DNA of 63,970 nucleotides, filler included, from Saprolegnia diclina VS20 (GCF_000281045.1; 23 parts of 22 records of this genome joined end to end with filler, not necessarily neighbours in it); one strand, 5' to 3'; counted from the first letter of the whole stretch, positions 1 to 13,913 are shown. Notes: generated by a model from the sequence alone, not told the origin. Numbers and translations are program-made.

Positions 1-1367
1 GGGGTTCACTGTAGCGTCGACGACCGGTGCCGTCATCAGCCGTGCCTCGCGTTCTCGTTCCTGGAATTCGGCACCGGCTTCGGTCGGCGATGATTGCCCC
101 ATCAGCCTGCATTTCGTATCGCGCGATGCAATCTTGCGGGTTGCACGGTGGCCGCGACGCTATTTCTCACACACAACACGTTGAAGCTACATTTTCCACC
201 ACGTGGTATGTTCAAAACACAATATGAAAAGGACAGGGAAGTGATAAATACGTGATAAAGACGTGTAAAACACATTTGACACCTGTGCAAGTGCTCACGT
301 GGGCCCTAGAATCGCTGCATGGGATTGGCTATTGCCTGTATGGGAAATCGATTGCTCACACTTTTGTGGTCAACAGCGAGCGACATATGGCATTACACCG
401 AGGCGTGAGAGGACTTCTGACCAACCGAGTTTAGGTGGGACCGGGTTCGACGTTCGTTGTACGAGCGGAACGAACGGCTTGTGAAAGGGTGCTTTGCACA
501 ATTGCCAAGTCCAGGGCATTTTGTGCGAGTTGGTTCGTGTGCCAAGAGCAAGACCACGGGAGCTCTCGTGGCGTGGGCAGCTGTAAACTTCAGGGAACCT
601 TGCAATCACCAGCTCTACCATGTCGCGCATGTCCCAAATGCCAGTCAAGTGACACGCAAGACAGGCGCGGGCGCGAAAATTGCGGCGAGCGCGATGACTT
701 GTGTTGTGCTTGGTTGCGTCCTCGAATGCGGCACTTGGTTCGTCCAGAAGTCACAATCTTCTCGGTGCTACAACCTCAAATTGCAGTTTGCAGTTTAAAA
801 CCAAACGGCAAAGTCGGGTTGAGACAGAGATGTGCCGCGATGCAGAGAAATCGATCGTACGAATGTCTTTTCCAGGATCGGCCAGAGGCGCCCACGAGTC
901 AGCGAAGAGGTTGGCGTGCGAGGGCAGGCGAAGAATGCGGTCATGGCGCATTCCCTTTCTGGGGCGACGAAGGCCCATTGAACCGGATGCATCTTTGCTC
1001 ACGACCGCAATGGTGGTGTGCGAGTGTGTGATTTTTACGCGTCACTGGACTGTCATTGTGGTGGGAAGTGGCGTGGCCAAGCCTTTGATTTGCACGAAAA
1101 GGGGTCGTGTCCGCGCCCACAACATACAAAGAGCAAGTACAACAAGGTGGGACAGCACCCCCTTTTCGTAACGACAACAAAAGCTGTTTTGAAATCGTGC
1201 TCAATTTACTCATCAGCCAAATCGTTGATGAATAGGCCGCTTTGCATCATCGCTCGCGTGCCTCAGGAGTGCAACTCATCTGCTTCAGGCGACGATGCTA
1301 CTGCAGGTAGTATCTGTGGTGAGCAAGACTCATTATCGCTTTTGCTGGCTCGACCACCCATCCCGCC

Positions 1368-3634
1368 ATGCCACCTGCGCCACAATCCGCCGATGCGTTC
1401 CTCCAGGACGGCTCGGACGCCTTCCATGCATCGCTCGCCGCGCAGCTTGAAGCGTCCATGGGCAAGGCCATGCCGCAGATGGAGATCCGCTTCCAGGATC
1501 TCGCCATCTCGGCCGACGTCGCGGTCGCTACCAAGGACGGCCACGAGCTCCCGACCTTGCTCAACCACGCCAAGAAGTCGGTCATGGGTCTCTTCAGCTC
1601 CAAGCGCACGATCCGCAAGGAGGTGCTGCACCCGATGTCGGGTGTCTTCAAGCCCAGCACGACGACGCTCCTTCTTGGCCAGCCCGGCTCGGGCAAGTCG
1701 TCGCTCATGAAGATCCTCTCGGGTCGCTTTCCCATGCACAAGAACATCACGGTGGGCGGCAACGTCACATACAACGGCGCAAAGTCCGACGACGTCAAGG
1801 CGCAGCTGCCGCAGTTTACGGCGTACATGAACCAGCGCGACTTTCACTACCCGACCTTGACCGTCAAGGAGACGCTCGAGTTTGCCCATGCGTGCAGCGG
1901 CGGTGCCGCCGTGCCCCAGCGCGTCCTCGACTCGCTTGAGAACGGCTCGCCCGAAGAGAACGCGCAGGCCAAGGCTGTCATCCAGTCGCTCTACAACGTC
2001 TACCCGGACATCATCACGCGCCAGATGGGCCTTGTCAACTGCAAGGACACGATCGTCGGCAACGCCATGCTCCGCGGTGTCTCGGGCGGCGAGCGCAAGC
2101 GCGTCACCGTCGGCGAGATGGAGTTTGGCATGAAGCAAGTGTCGCTCATGGACGAGATCAGTACGGGTCTCGACTCGGCGGCGACCTACGACATCGTCAA
2201 GTCGCAGAAGAGCATGGCCGAGTCGCTCAAGAAGACGATCGTGATTGCGCTGCTGCAGCCGTCGCCCGAAGTCTACAACCTCTTTGACGAAGTGCTTTTG
2301 CTCAACGAAGGTCACGTCATGTACCACGGTCCGCGGTCGCTGGCTCTCGAGTATTTCGAGTCGCTCGGCTTCAAGTGCCCGCCCAAGCGCGACGTGGCCG
2401 ACTTTCTGCTCGACCTCGGCACCCCTGAGCAGGCGCAGTACGTCGTCGACGCTACGACGTCGGTGCCGCGTACGCCAAGCCAGTATGCGGACCTCTTCCG
2501 CATGTCGACCATCTACGCGACTATGATGAGCCACGTTGAGGGTCCGCACCACCCACTTCTCCTTGCGGACGCGTCCAAGCACTTGGCCGAGATGCCGGCG
2601 TACCAAGTGCCGTATGTGCAGAGCACCAAGATGCTCATCGCGCGCCAGCTCAAGGTGTTTTTGCGCAACACGGCGTTCGTCAAGAGCCGCTTCGTCATGG
2701 TGCTGCTCATGGGTCTTCTCTACTCGACGACGTTCTACCAAGTCAACCCCGAAATGCCGGTCGTCGTCCTCGGTGTTATCTTCACGGCCGTGCTCTTCCT
2801 CGCACTCGGCCAGGTACCGCTCATGCCGGCGGTCCTAGAAGCTCGCGAGATCTTCTACAAGCAGCGGTCGGCGCAGTTCTTCAAGACGTCGTCGTTCATT
2901 CTGGCGCAGTCGTTCACCCAAGTGCCGTTCGCCTTGGGCGAGACGCTGGTGTTTGGCTCGGTCATGTACTGGCTCTCGGGCTTCGTCGCCGAAGTCGGCG
3001 CCTTCCTAGTCTACCTCCTGCTGCTCTTTCTGACCAACTTGTCGTTTGCGTCGTGGTTCTTCTTCCTCGCGGTCGTCTCGCCCAACCTCCACGTCGCCAA
3101 GCCGCTCTCGATGATGTCGGTCTTGATCTATGTCATGTTTGCCGGCTTTGCGATCTTCAAGGACGACATCCCCGACTACTTTATCTGGCTCTACTGGCTC
3201 AACCCGCTCAGCTGGTGCATGCGCGCGCTCTCGATCAACCAGTACTCGGCAGGCGAGTTCCAAAAGTGCGTGATCAAGGAAGGCGGCATCAACTACTGCA
3301 AGCTCAAGGGCGACACGATGGGCAACGTCATGCTTGAGACGTTCGGCCTCGAGACCAAGAAGGTCTGGATCTGGTACGGCGCGCTCTTTCTCGCTGCATG
3401 CTACTTTGTGTTTCTCGGCATCTCGTACCTCGCGCTCGAGTACATTCGGTACGACACGGCGGCGCATGGAAGCGTGCACGTCGCTGACGACGACGAGAGC
3501 ACCGAGCACAGCAAGGGCGCCGACATCTACGTTGAAGTGCCCAAGACGCCCGCTGACGCCCACGCGGTTCCCATCGGCAGCACCGCGTCGACGTCGATTC
3601 CCGTGACGCTCGCGTTTGAAGACCTCTGGTACTC
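1368..3634 (+). CDS. PDR-type ABCG transporter, N-terminal half (NBD1+TMD1), 3'-truncated by contig end
   Basis: Walker A GQPGSGKS, PDR signature VSGGERKRVTVGE, Walker B LMDEISTGLDS, LLQPSPE motif, then about 6 TM helices and the start of NBD2 (PVTLAFEDLWY). Confidence 0.95.
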
Positions 3635-3734
3635 NNNNNNNNNNNNNNNNNNNNNNNNNNNNNNNNNNNNNNNNNNNNTTAATTAATTAANNNNNNNNNN
3701 NNNNNNNNNNNNNNNNNNNNNNNNNNNNNNNNNN
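3635..3734. other. Artificial 100-nt contig spacer, first of 22. The others start at 7140, 10566, 13804, 17016, 20132, 23280, 26337, 29337, 32311, 35016, 36480, 39296, 41997, 44774, 47507, 50098, 52731, 55283, 57781, 60145 and 62548
   Basis: Identical N-run + TTAATTAATTAA (stops in all six frames) + N-run; genes are cut at the spacers. Confidence 0.99.
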
Positions 3735-6700
3735 CTTATGGACTACATGTAACATGCAATACCAACACTCCCACAAAGCACTCCCATGTGGTTGTGTCGT
3801 GGACAGTCGCTATGCAGCAACTATCGCACTAGGTAAGCTTTCGCACTCCCATCTTCTCGCGTAGCTTACAGAACTGCTTCGGAGGAAGCGCCTTTGTCAG
3901 TAAGTCAGCGATCATCTCGTTTGTTGGTACATAGGCCAACTTGATCTTGTTGCTTTCAGCAAGGTCACGAGTGAAGAGCTTTCGAATGTCGATATGCTTC
4001 GTAGCTTTGTGGTTTCCAGGGTTCTTAACCGCGTCGATAGCAGCTTTGCTATCGCACCACACGGTGATTGGATTTTCCATAGGCATACCCATCTCGCTTA
4101 GTAGGGCATGCATCCATTCACTCTCTTTACACCCTTCGCTAAGGGCCACTAGCTCTGCCTCAGCAGTAGATAGTGATACGCATTTTTGCTTCTGGCTAGC
4201 CCAAGAGACACAAATCCCAGCCATGCGGATTAGATAGCCGCTGACGGATTTACGATCGTTAGGTTGACTCGCGAAAGACGCATCCGTCCAAACGTCATAC
4301 ATGACGGTACTGCTTTCAGCCGTCAAGTACAAACCGTAGTCAGACGTGCCTTTCAAGTATCTTACGATCCTTAAGGCCGCTTGCCAGTGCGTATCATTGT
4401 AGCAACTTAGGTACATGCTCAGCTCTCTTACAGCGTTAGCAATGTCCGGTCGTGTCCCTCGTACCAGGTACTGTAAGGAACCGACTAAGCCACGAAAGTC
4501 AAATGGTTGTCTAGAGACCTCCTCTTTAGTCATTTGACTCTCCTTCTTCAGCTCTAGATCCGCCGCCTGTGGGCTGGGAGCTGGTTTGCAGTCGACCATG
4601 TCATACTTCTTCAAGATGTCATTGATATACTTAGTCTGCGAGATACTCATAGTACCAGCTACTCGGTCCCTTTTGACCTCCATCTTCAGGATGTAGCTGA
4701 TATCGCCTAAGTCTTTCATCTTAAAGCGACTTGCCAGTTCTCTCTTAACTGCATTTATGCGATCGATACTTGGTGACACAATAGTCAGATCGTCGACATA
4801 CACTACAATAAGGACCCAGTCCTTGTTCGTAGCTGAGAGGATATCCCTAATTCCTCCCACTTTTTGTACATAGATGCAATACTCCTTGTAGCATCGTACA
4901 AAACCCATCTTCAAGAGGAAGGCGTGAAGTACGCCGTACCAAATACGAGGCGCCTGGCGCAACCCGTAAAGGCTCTTCTTAAGACGTAGTACCCAATCCA
5001 TCCCTTTGCGAATAAAACCACTTGGTTGACGCATATAGATTTCTTCGTTGAGATACCCGTTAAGGAATGCAGTAACTACATCCATTTGATGGCACTCTAG
5101 ATTGAGTAGGGTTACAAGAGCAAGTACGAGTCGTAGCGACTCGTAACGGGCCACGGGAGCATAAATCTCGTCGCAGTCTTCTCCTAAGCGTTGATGATTG
5201 CCTTGTGCAACCAACCTTGCCTTGTATCGTTCTATCTCGCCGTTCGCGTGATACTTGACAGCAAAGACCCAATGACAGGGTAGCACGTGCTTGTCCTTTG
5301 GTAGCTTAACTAATGTCCAAGTATCGTTTTCAATTAACGCATCATACTCGGTAGTTAACGCTTCGATCCATTTCGATTTGACACTACTTGCCATCGCATC
5401 CTTATACGATCGAGGGATCTTGGTTGTTGGAGAAGCTCGAGACTCCGTTCGAGCTCGAGGCTTCACAACCGCCACTAGGGCGTAGTCACGAAAGTAGATT
5501 GGCGGTCTTCGAGATCGAGTGGACCGGTCTAATGTTTTCGCGCTACTAGATGAATCGTTGTCATCTACGTTGCTCTCATGTGGTAAGTGATTTGTATCAT
5601 CTCTACCAGAAGCAGTACTTGTTGAGCGAGACCTATCTCGACTCCCACTATCCGATGACACTTCGTCACCGGAGTTACCACTACTCCCACTCTCCGATGA
5701 CTCATCGTCGTCGGAGCTATCACTGCTCCCACTACTCCCACTGGTGGAGTTGTGCGCAATGGTGGAAGGCGACGGACTAACTTCAAGTCCTGCATCGCTG
5801 GGTTGCCCAGAGTCCGAGTCCCACGGGTGCTTAGAGCGTTTGATACCCTTGGAGTGCGCAAAAGCAACTTCGGAACTTTCGCCATTAATTGAATTAATAC
5901 TGCGAGAGTGGCGACTACGCTTCGTAGCTCGGGCCAGCTTCGGCCGTTCAGCGCGTCGCTTCGTCGACAGACGCTGATGACTAGGAGGGGAAACCCGTTG
6001 GCTTTCCAAACGGCCTAGTGCCTTAAGGTCCGCTGCACTCAGAGGTGTTTCCTCTGTATCGAATGCGCGACCGGTCATGACTGCAGTCGAAGAAGGATCA
6101 AACAAGACATCGCGAGCGACAAAGAACTTGTTATTAACTGCGTCATAGAGGCGGTACCCCTTGTACTCCTCAGACACGCCCAGCAGTTTACACTTTACTG
6201 CTCGAGCGGACAACTTGCTATCATCACGGCGCTCAGCCGGGACATACGCATAGCAAGTGGAACCCCAAGCCTGAAGCTTGTTAAGGTCCGGCGGCTTACC
6301 GTACATCACCTCGTATGGCGTCTTGTGACCAAGACGAGGGACTGGCGTTCGATTTTGAATGTAATTCATATACATCAACGCCTCAGGCCACCATCTGGCC
6401 GGCATGTTGGCATCCTTCAACACGCATCGCACCTTTGCGAACTTGGTCTGATGGTCTCTTTCAGCAGAGCCGTTCTCCTCCGGGGTATACGGGTTTGATT
6501 TCTGAAAGAGAATTCCTTTTGACTTACAAAAGTCCTCCAGGTCCTGGTTCTTAAACTCAGTGCCACCATCGCTGCGGATGACCTTGAGCCTGTAGGATCC
6601 ATCGCGATCAAGTTTAGCCACCAATTCCTTAATTGTTTTGGCTACTTCCTTCTTCTTCTTCAAGACAGCGCACCAACGCCACGAGGAATGGTCATCGATA

Positions 6701-7139
6701 ACATTAACGTAATACTTAATACGCGTCTTGCTACCGTAGAAGCCCGATACCTTCATCGGTCCATTGGTGTCAGTGTGTACTGTCCCCATCGTTCGCGAAC
6801 CCGTTCGGTTGCGAAACGACATCTTCTTCCGTTTCATCGTTGCACACACGGTGCAGAACGGAGCTTCCTTGTTGAAGACGCGTGTTGGGATAGCGGGCAC
6901 TCCTTTGATAAGCCCCTGGCTAAGGAGTCGCTGCACGCTCTTCATGTTGACATGTCCCATGCGGACATGCCATTCCTTGAGTAGGTCCTGAGCCTGCTCA
7001 CGGCTGCAACGCGTAGTTGGTTTAACCGCCTTCGATTTAACCATGTTGCAGTGAGTAATACGTTCATTCTCGCAACAGTGATGAATGTAGTATACTCCGT
7101 TCAGTGCGAGAGCTACAAACTGAAGATGGCGATCCTTCA
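3735..7139 (-). mobile_element. Ty1/Copia LTR retrotransposon, 3' part (pol plus start of 3' LTR)
   Basis: Copia domain order IN-RT-RH; purine-rich GGGAG (3772-3768) followed by TGTTGG at 3767 on the minus strand, read as PPT and 3' LTR start. Confidence 0.93.
3829..7139 (-). CDS. pol: Copia pol polyprotein (GAG-pre-integrase, integrase, RT, RNase H), 5'-truncated; frame open to contig end
   Basis: WHVRMGH...CTVC zinc motif; integrase D (HTDTNGP), D (RSDGGTEF), E (ENGSAER); RT YKARLVAQG, QMDVVTAFLNG, SLYGLRQAPRIW, YVDDL; RNase H TDAS, AE, CDS, KHID, ADLLTK. Confidence 0.95.
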
Positions 7140-8005
7140 NNNNNNNNNNNNNNNNNNNNNNNNNNNNNNNNNNNNNNNNNNNNTTAATTAATTAANNNNN
7201 NNNNNNNNNNNNNNNNNNNNNNNNNNNNNNNNNNNNNNNTCGCCGACCCGCCAAAAGGCACAGGAGCCGTGCCACACGACGCTCGTTTGGCTTTTTGATT
7301 TGAGATTCTTAACGCGCGGTTTTGTGTCCGACAAAGTTTCGTGGCCGCTGCAGAATGCTTGTCAATTAAAGAATTTAAAACTCTGCTTGTCCACGAAACG
7401 AGTTTGGCCAAGACAAAGAGGAACTCATGAATAGCTTAATTTTCTTCTCACACGTCGAATTGTCGAAATATAGACGTAAGAAGAGAGACGATTTACGGTC
7501 CTCCAGGCCTATACCATTGTGCAGTACACCGGGTCACATTTTTGAGGGGCGCACATTATCCGGATGTGGTGCCCCGGGCTACTGCACAATTTGCACATTC
7601 GGGCGAGGAAGCGCTGCACCTGCGCCTCGTTGGACGGCTTACAAGTGCCGAGAAGTACTTGCGCAACGTGACGCTTTCGGACTTCATTCTGCAACCAAGT
7701 GGCGGCAGCGATGACGACGACTGCGTCATGCCAACGTGCGAGCGATGACACAACATGTTGCCGCGTCTTGCAGCGACCTTTGCCCCAGGGCAGCCATTTC
7801 AACCAATTGGACGTATCAATGACATATTGTCGAACAATGCCGCCCATATGGAAGATTCGACCGTCCCAATACTAAAATCAAGTATTGGGCCCGTGCCGCA
7901 TGTTCTCTGGGATCGAATTGTTCTGTGCGGCAACGTCGAGTCGCCACACGGAGCCAAGATCGTTTTGCCTCCAGTGGCTTATATTTCATTTTTTGGAAAA
8001 GGACA

Positions 8006-9563
8006 ATGCCCGACATTGCCGACGACTTTGCCCTCCGTTCGGAGCTATTGCCGTTCCTGGCCTTGTCGCTCCAGCTCGTGATCAGCAACATGGCGCGGAT
8101 CGCGGTCATGGTCATCGACAGCGCATTCCTCGGACACCTCGGCACGAACGAGCTCGCGGGCTCGGCACTCGCAACCATCTGGATCGATCTTCCGCTCTGC
8201 ACCATCTGGGGCATGGCCTCGGCCTTGATCGCGGTGATTATATCAATGTTTCGACGTGTCGAGCACTGAGATCCAGTTGTTGTAGCTCTGCGGTCAAGCG
8301 TACGGCGCCAAGAACTACCTCCTCATGGGCATTTGGCTGCAAATGGCGCTCGTTCTCATCACCGTCTTGACGGTGCCGACAACCGTGTGGTACTTCTTCC
8401 TCGGCGGTATTCTGCACCACACGACCGACGATTCCGCTGTCATCGCCTTTGGCGCGCGGTTCGCCGAGCTCTTGTCGCCAAGCATTTGGCCGCTCCTCGC
8501 GTATGTCTGTCTGCGTCAGTACCTCCAAGCCATGGGCGTCGTCATGCCCACCACCATCAACGGCATCGTCTGCATCGGTATTGATGTCGGAGCCAACTAC
8601 CTCCTCATCTACACGGCGGGCCTTGGCTTTGACGGATCACCGCTTGCTACTGTCATTGCAGCGTGGTTCCAGCCGATCGCGCTCTTCCTCTATGCATTCG
8701 TCTACAAGAAGCACCACAAGGACGCGTGGGGCGGCTGGCAGCTCTCGGAGTTGACGTGGTCTCGCTGGAAGACGTTCTTCCGCATGGCGCTGCCTCTGGG
8801 GCTCAACGACGGCTGTGACTTGCTCGCGGCCGCAGCGCTTTCGTTTGTCGTTGCCAAGATGGGCGCCAACGTCATTGCCACCAACGCCATCTTGAGCAGC
8901 GTCTGGATGATGGTCGGTGCGATCTTCTACGGCATCGGGCTCGCGTCCGAGGTTGGTCTTGCCGAGCATCTTGGCGGAGGTCGACCCCGCGCCGCTCGTG
9001 CCCGCGCCATGATGGGCTTTGCCGTCCTTGCACTTGCTGCTCTGCTTGTCTGCATCGTGCTCTGGGCTGGCCGCGCTGGTGTCGTCGGTCTCTTCACGAA
9101 GGACGAGGTACTGCTGGCCATGTACACGGACGTCCTTCCGTGGTACATTGCGGCCTCCAGCCTAAACGGACTTGAAATCGGGCTCCTCACAGCACTCGAA
9201 GGCATGGGCCAAATGGGCTTTGTGACGATCGTGACGGTCGTCGGACTCTGGGGCGTCCAGCTCCCACTGGCCTACTACTTTGGTATCATGAAGGGCCTTG
9301 GGCTTCCGGGCGTGTGGATGGCTACGACGATAGCCGCGGCCGTCAAGGTGACCATCATGGGCATCCGCTTCCTCTTTATCGACTGGCACAAGATGGTTCA
9401 TGAAGCTGTGACGGGGGCTGAAGCCGGCGAGCCAAAGATTTCGAGCACCGAAGCCAACGACCCGGCGGTCCTCGAGGCGCGCGACAGCGAGTCGATCTAC
9501 ATCATGACGTCGTCGCCGGTCCACAGCAAGGCGCCGGACGTCGGTCACGTGACCCTGCTTTAG
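8006..9563 (+). CDS. MATE family transporter; exons 8006-8233 and 8286-9563
   Basis: Removing the 52-nt GT-AG intron (8234-8285) gives IDSAFLGHLGTNELAG...ALIA/LCGQAYGAKNY; also LRQYLQA, GLGFDGSPLA and GLPGVW motifs and many TM helices. Confidence 0.92.
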
Positions 9564-10445
9564 CTTCCTTTTGTCTGCATCGAATAATCTACCATCCCAT
9601 GACGTATTTAACCAACGAGACGACGCGTGCACTCATTGGTCGCACACACGACGTTGAAGAAGAGACTGCGCACGCGTGCTTTCCATACCTTAGCTCGGAT
9701 TCCAGAGGACGAGGTAACCCTAATCCCTCTCGGTTGGCACCTAATTCTGCTTCAAGGTATTACTTTCGAGCTACAACTAGAGCTCTCTCCCAATGGACTA
9801 GAGATCTATGGCAGCCGTGTTCAGAACGAGTCCGTTGACTTGGGCAACAGGAAGAGGACAATACCAAAGCGAGAGGTGCTATCGAGGGACCCATGTCAGA
9901 GCTATGGTTTAAGCCAGCGGGATGACCACACACTACGGGCGCGACTGCTGCTGGCGACGCATGCCCGTACAGGCTACTAGAATGGAAGTTGATGGCGAGA
10001 CATGTGCCGCTCTTGTCCCAGGAGATGGTGCTGCAGGAAAAATGTGGTCAGCGCTCCCACTCTTGCAAATCGCAGCGAGGGTTTTTTGCGAGGGCTTGCT
10101 TGCGAGGGGTCGTCGGGGCTTCCATTCTTACGTGTCGCCAATTCCGAGATTTTTGAAAATACCATTTTCGTTCATTTGCGTCCGAGAGCACTCATACGAT
10201 ACGTGTACAGTCATGTGACGCAGTCGGCCCAGTGTATCGGTGAGTGTACATTGTACCTGGGACGCAGGACTCAGAACTCGGTTTTGGCAGGTTGGTTATC
10301 CTGCTGCGCGAAATCGGGTTGTAGAGCTGTGGCCGTCCGATCACGAGGATGTGTTGTCGACCCAATGATTCCAGTACCGATGTTGCCCATCATAACTTCG
10401 TCGCACCCTTTCAAAGGACCATTCTTGAATTGGACCGACATCAAC

Positions 10446-10565
10446 ATGATGGCCGACTTGACCGACGACGTCTTTAACCTCCGCTCCGAGTTACTGCCGT
10501 TCCTGGTCTTGTCGCTGCAGCTTGTGGTCAGCTACGTGGCGCGGCTCGCTCTTACGGTCATCGAC
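10446..10565 (+). CDS. 5' fragment of a second, tandem MATE transporter paralog
   Basis: MMADLTDDVFNLRSELLPFLVLSLQLVVSYVARLALTVID matches the N-terminus of the 8006 gene (MPDIADDFALRSELLPFLALSLQLVISNMARIAVMVID). Confidence 0.85.
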
Positions 10566-10665
10566 NNNNNNNNNNNNNNNNNNNNNNNNNNNNNNNNNNN
10601 NNNNNNNNNTTAATTAATTAANNNNNNNNNNNNNNNNNNNNNNNNNNNNNNNNNNNNNNNNNNNN

Positions 10666-12275
10666 TTGCTGCGGCCGCATCCCAAGGTCCGATTCTGCGT
10701 CTTCTCTTCGAGCAGTTTCCAGCGCTGGCCACACCCAAGATGATGGACCTTGTCGCCATGTCAGGTGACCTCGAGCTTTTGATGTGGCTCCATGAAGCGG
10801 GTGCTATATGCTCCACCGCCGCAATGGACGGCGCGGCAATGAACGGCCACTATGACGACGTCCTCTTTCTGCACTCTGCAAGGACCGAGGGCTGCACGAT
10901 CGCGGCGGCAACGGCAGCAGCCGTCAATGGTGACGCGTCGATCGTTCGCTTTCTTCTCGAGCAGCGCACCGAAGGCGTCGACCCATCGCTCTGGTTTAAA
11001 CCCCCGCATCGCGAGCACTTGACGCACAGTGTACGTGGTGAGACGTACATTGAGGCCGTCGACCTCGTTGCAGCGACCGTCGAGTTGACGGACCGGGCAT
11101 TCAAAACGATTGTGGACAAGCGTGGCCTTGTGGTCCTTCAACTCGTCTATTCGCGTGGGTACCTAAAGAAGATGACCAAGCCGTTGCTGGAGCTGGCCGT
11201 CGCCAAGCAAGACCACGCAATGCTGCGCTATGTCCCGCTGGAGCTCTTGCACAAGAGCCGCCTGCGCGTCGGGTCGGAGCGAGCAATCGTCTACGCGGCC
11301 TACCGCAGTCACATGCACGTGCTCGACTGGCTGCATACGAACCGACGCGATGGCTGTGACCAAGACGCGATGGCGCTCGCTGTCGCTACGGGCCGTCTTG
11401 ACGTTGTGCGCTGGCTCCACGAGGTTTACGGTCTATGGCGAACCCACGCTGCCTTGGCCACAGCAGCCTACATTGGCCACATGACAATGGTGACATACCT
11501 CTTGGACATACCGACGGGTGGTGTCGATTGTTGGACTGACCAAGTTGACAGCAACAGTAACATGGGCGAAATGCTGCCACCGCACGATGACCATCTTGGC
11601 AGCCCACATGTCGACTACGTAGCAGGGTCGCCGACGTACTGGGCGGCGAGCCAAGGCCATCTCGAGATCCTTCAGCTGCTCGTCGCTCGCGACTATGAAT
11701 TGCCGCTGGATGCCATTGAGAAAGCCGTCGCGAACGGTCACCTGTACGTTGTGCGCTACCTCCACGAAGGGTTCAGTCAGCGCTGCAACTACCAACACGT
11801 GCTGGTCGCTGTTCAGCAGCGCCATGTCGACACCGTCGCGTACGTCCTATCAAATGGCTCTTGGCAACTTGATGACGATCTCTCAAACGACGAGATCGCA
11901 AGTGAAGTAGCGTTGCACATGCTGCTCGTGGCCACTGCACGCAGTGGTAGCCTCGACATTTTGGCGCTTGTCCACGCTGCTTTTCCGATACCAACGACGC
12001 TACCCGCTCGCGTCTCGGAGCGCATGATGATCCGCGCTGCGTCCTACGGCCACCTCGACATGCTCCGACATTTGCACGACGTCTATGGCTTTGGATGGAC
12101 TCCAATGGTTGAAGAAGCAGCGAGACGTCGCGGTCGCAAGAATGTACTGCGCTACTTGCAAACACTTGGGCCTGCGAACACCTCCGTCGACACTCAAGAT
12201 TGGTGGAATGACGGTATCGACGCGTGCTTTCCCAAAGCTATGGTCGACGGCGTGATGCGCGTGCGGTCTCTCTAA
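10666..12275 (+). CDS. Ankyrin-repeat protein (expanded oomycete type), 5'-truncated
   Basis: Repeated AMDGAAMNGH, AVATGRLDVVRWLH, AASQGHLEILQLL, AVANGHLYVVRYLH, AASYGHLDMLRHLH. Confidence 0.88.
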
Positions 12276-13109
12276 CCACCTCGCAATCTAGTTCGAGATA
12301 CGAGTCTTTGATACGTATATACATGTAGGAACATGCTAGGCGTTAACTCACAAAGACACGACGTCGTGAGTCCCTTTATGGCTGCAAGCACGCGCGACGT
12401 CTCCTAGAAGGAAGTTTTGGCGGCTAGCCACGAGTTGCAAGTCGTCCAGTGGCCATGACAAGGCGTACCAAAGGCTTCAACGGCCTTGGTCGATCAAAGC
12501 CCACTTGCCGCTGACAGTGCACGAGGCCATTTTCTGTGAGTTGGCTGGATGGAAACAAAGCGACGTACCCAGCACGATCGGGCCGAGCGCGCCAGAGCTG
12601 TGGATCCGTGAGAAGCGCCAACCCATCTTTCACACTAAATGCATGTCCTGGGCGAACGGACCTCGAAACGTCTAGATATAGTGTATGTTGAAGCTGCCGC
12701 CATTTCGACTCTTCAACACACAATTGCTACACAACACACGACATAAACCTTGGTACCCTCCTACCCCTTTTCTTCCATCCTTCACCTGTAAGTTATGACC
12801 ACTAGATTATGAGCTTTAGCTTCACCACGAAAGAACGTTGGTGCAACCTTTGGGCTTTTCAAGCGCAGGCAGTATCTCGGTCGTCTTGCTCGTTGTTGTG
12901 AACTGTAGTCTATCAAACAGATCATGGCCAGTCGCTGGACGTTGTTCGTACAATGCGTATCCTCGCAGAGGCGTCATAAGTGTATATGCTGCCACGTTAT
13001 CCAGGCAAAGCAGCTTCAAATCCAAGCTGCTGGGACGCAACGTATCTGGATAATCACCCCGGGTAACGTTCGGTGCATTTTGAGATTGCCGTTTGCAACG
13101 AGAGGACGC

Positions 13110-13803
13110 ATGATGGCGACCTTCCGCAGCGTCGTCATCGGTCAGCCCGATATGGCGGCCATCGTCTTTGGCTACCAGTTCGGCGTCTATGAGGACGTAC
13201 GCAATGTCTTTGTCGCCTGCAACGAGCTACTCGAGTTTGATGTGCGTCGCCGTTGCTACGACTGGGACGCGTCATTCTCCTCCACGATCGCACCCGGTGC
13301 CGCGTGGGCAGGTGAAGGACATCACGATATCCGCACCTCGAAGTATGCTCTCGATGACTCTCCGTGGGACGCTCGCCTGCCGCTGCACGTGGCAATCGTC
13401 CATGGCTCTGCGCACGAGGTGAAGCGCATCGTACGGTGCCGGCCCGACCTCGCCTCTGAAGATGCGATTCTCTTGGCCTTCTCACAACATCGCCTCGAGA
13501 TTGTCGAGCTGCTATTGGACCTACGAGGAGCCATCCCCGAGCTACGTCGATGCTGCAAAGTCACGGCAGGTGTGTTGCATCTTCCTTGGGCTGCGTGGAA
13601 TGTTACTTTTGATGTAGATGGCTCTGCGCAGCGCACGTCGTACTCGGTAGGAAGTTTGGTGCAGAGTATGCTCACCTATGGCGACACGAAGAGTGTGGTA
13701 TTGCTACAGCGCTTTGGCCTGCGCCCTGACGATGTGACCTACGGCGACAAGCTCCTCGCGATCCAGTCGTCGACGCTCGAGCACGCAACGCTCGCCCTCG
13801 ACC
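13110..13803 (+). CDS. Saprolegnia-type expanded-family protein with ankyrin-like segment, 3'-truncated
   Basis: N-terminus MATFRSVVIGQPDMAAIVFGYQFGVYEDVR and RLPLHVAIVHG...RIVRCRPDLASEDAI resemble a lineage-expanded family (from recall); coding-like codon bias. Confidence 0.7.
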
Positions 13804-13913
13804 NNNNNNNNNNNNNNNNNNNNNNNNNNNNNNNNNNNNNNNNNNNNTTAATTAATTAANNNNNNNNNNNNNNNNNNNNNNNNNNNNNNNNNNNNNNNNN
13901 NNNGACGAAGAAC

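Noticed and set aside
1..1367. Several 60-230 aa ORFs upstream of the ABCG gene
   Set aside because: No domain motifs or coding bias; treated as intergenic or promoter DNA.
1263..2741. Long antisense ORFs (also 14853-16334, 17395-18657, 20333-21355, 23466-24590, 24822-26168, 48926-49894)
   Set aside because: Shadow ORFs caused by GC3-rich codon usage of real genes on the opposite strand; no recognisable motifs.
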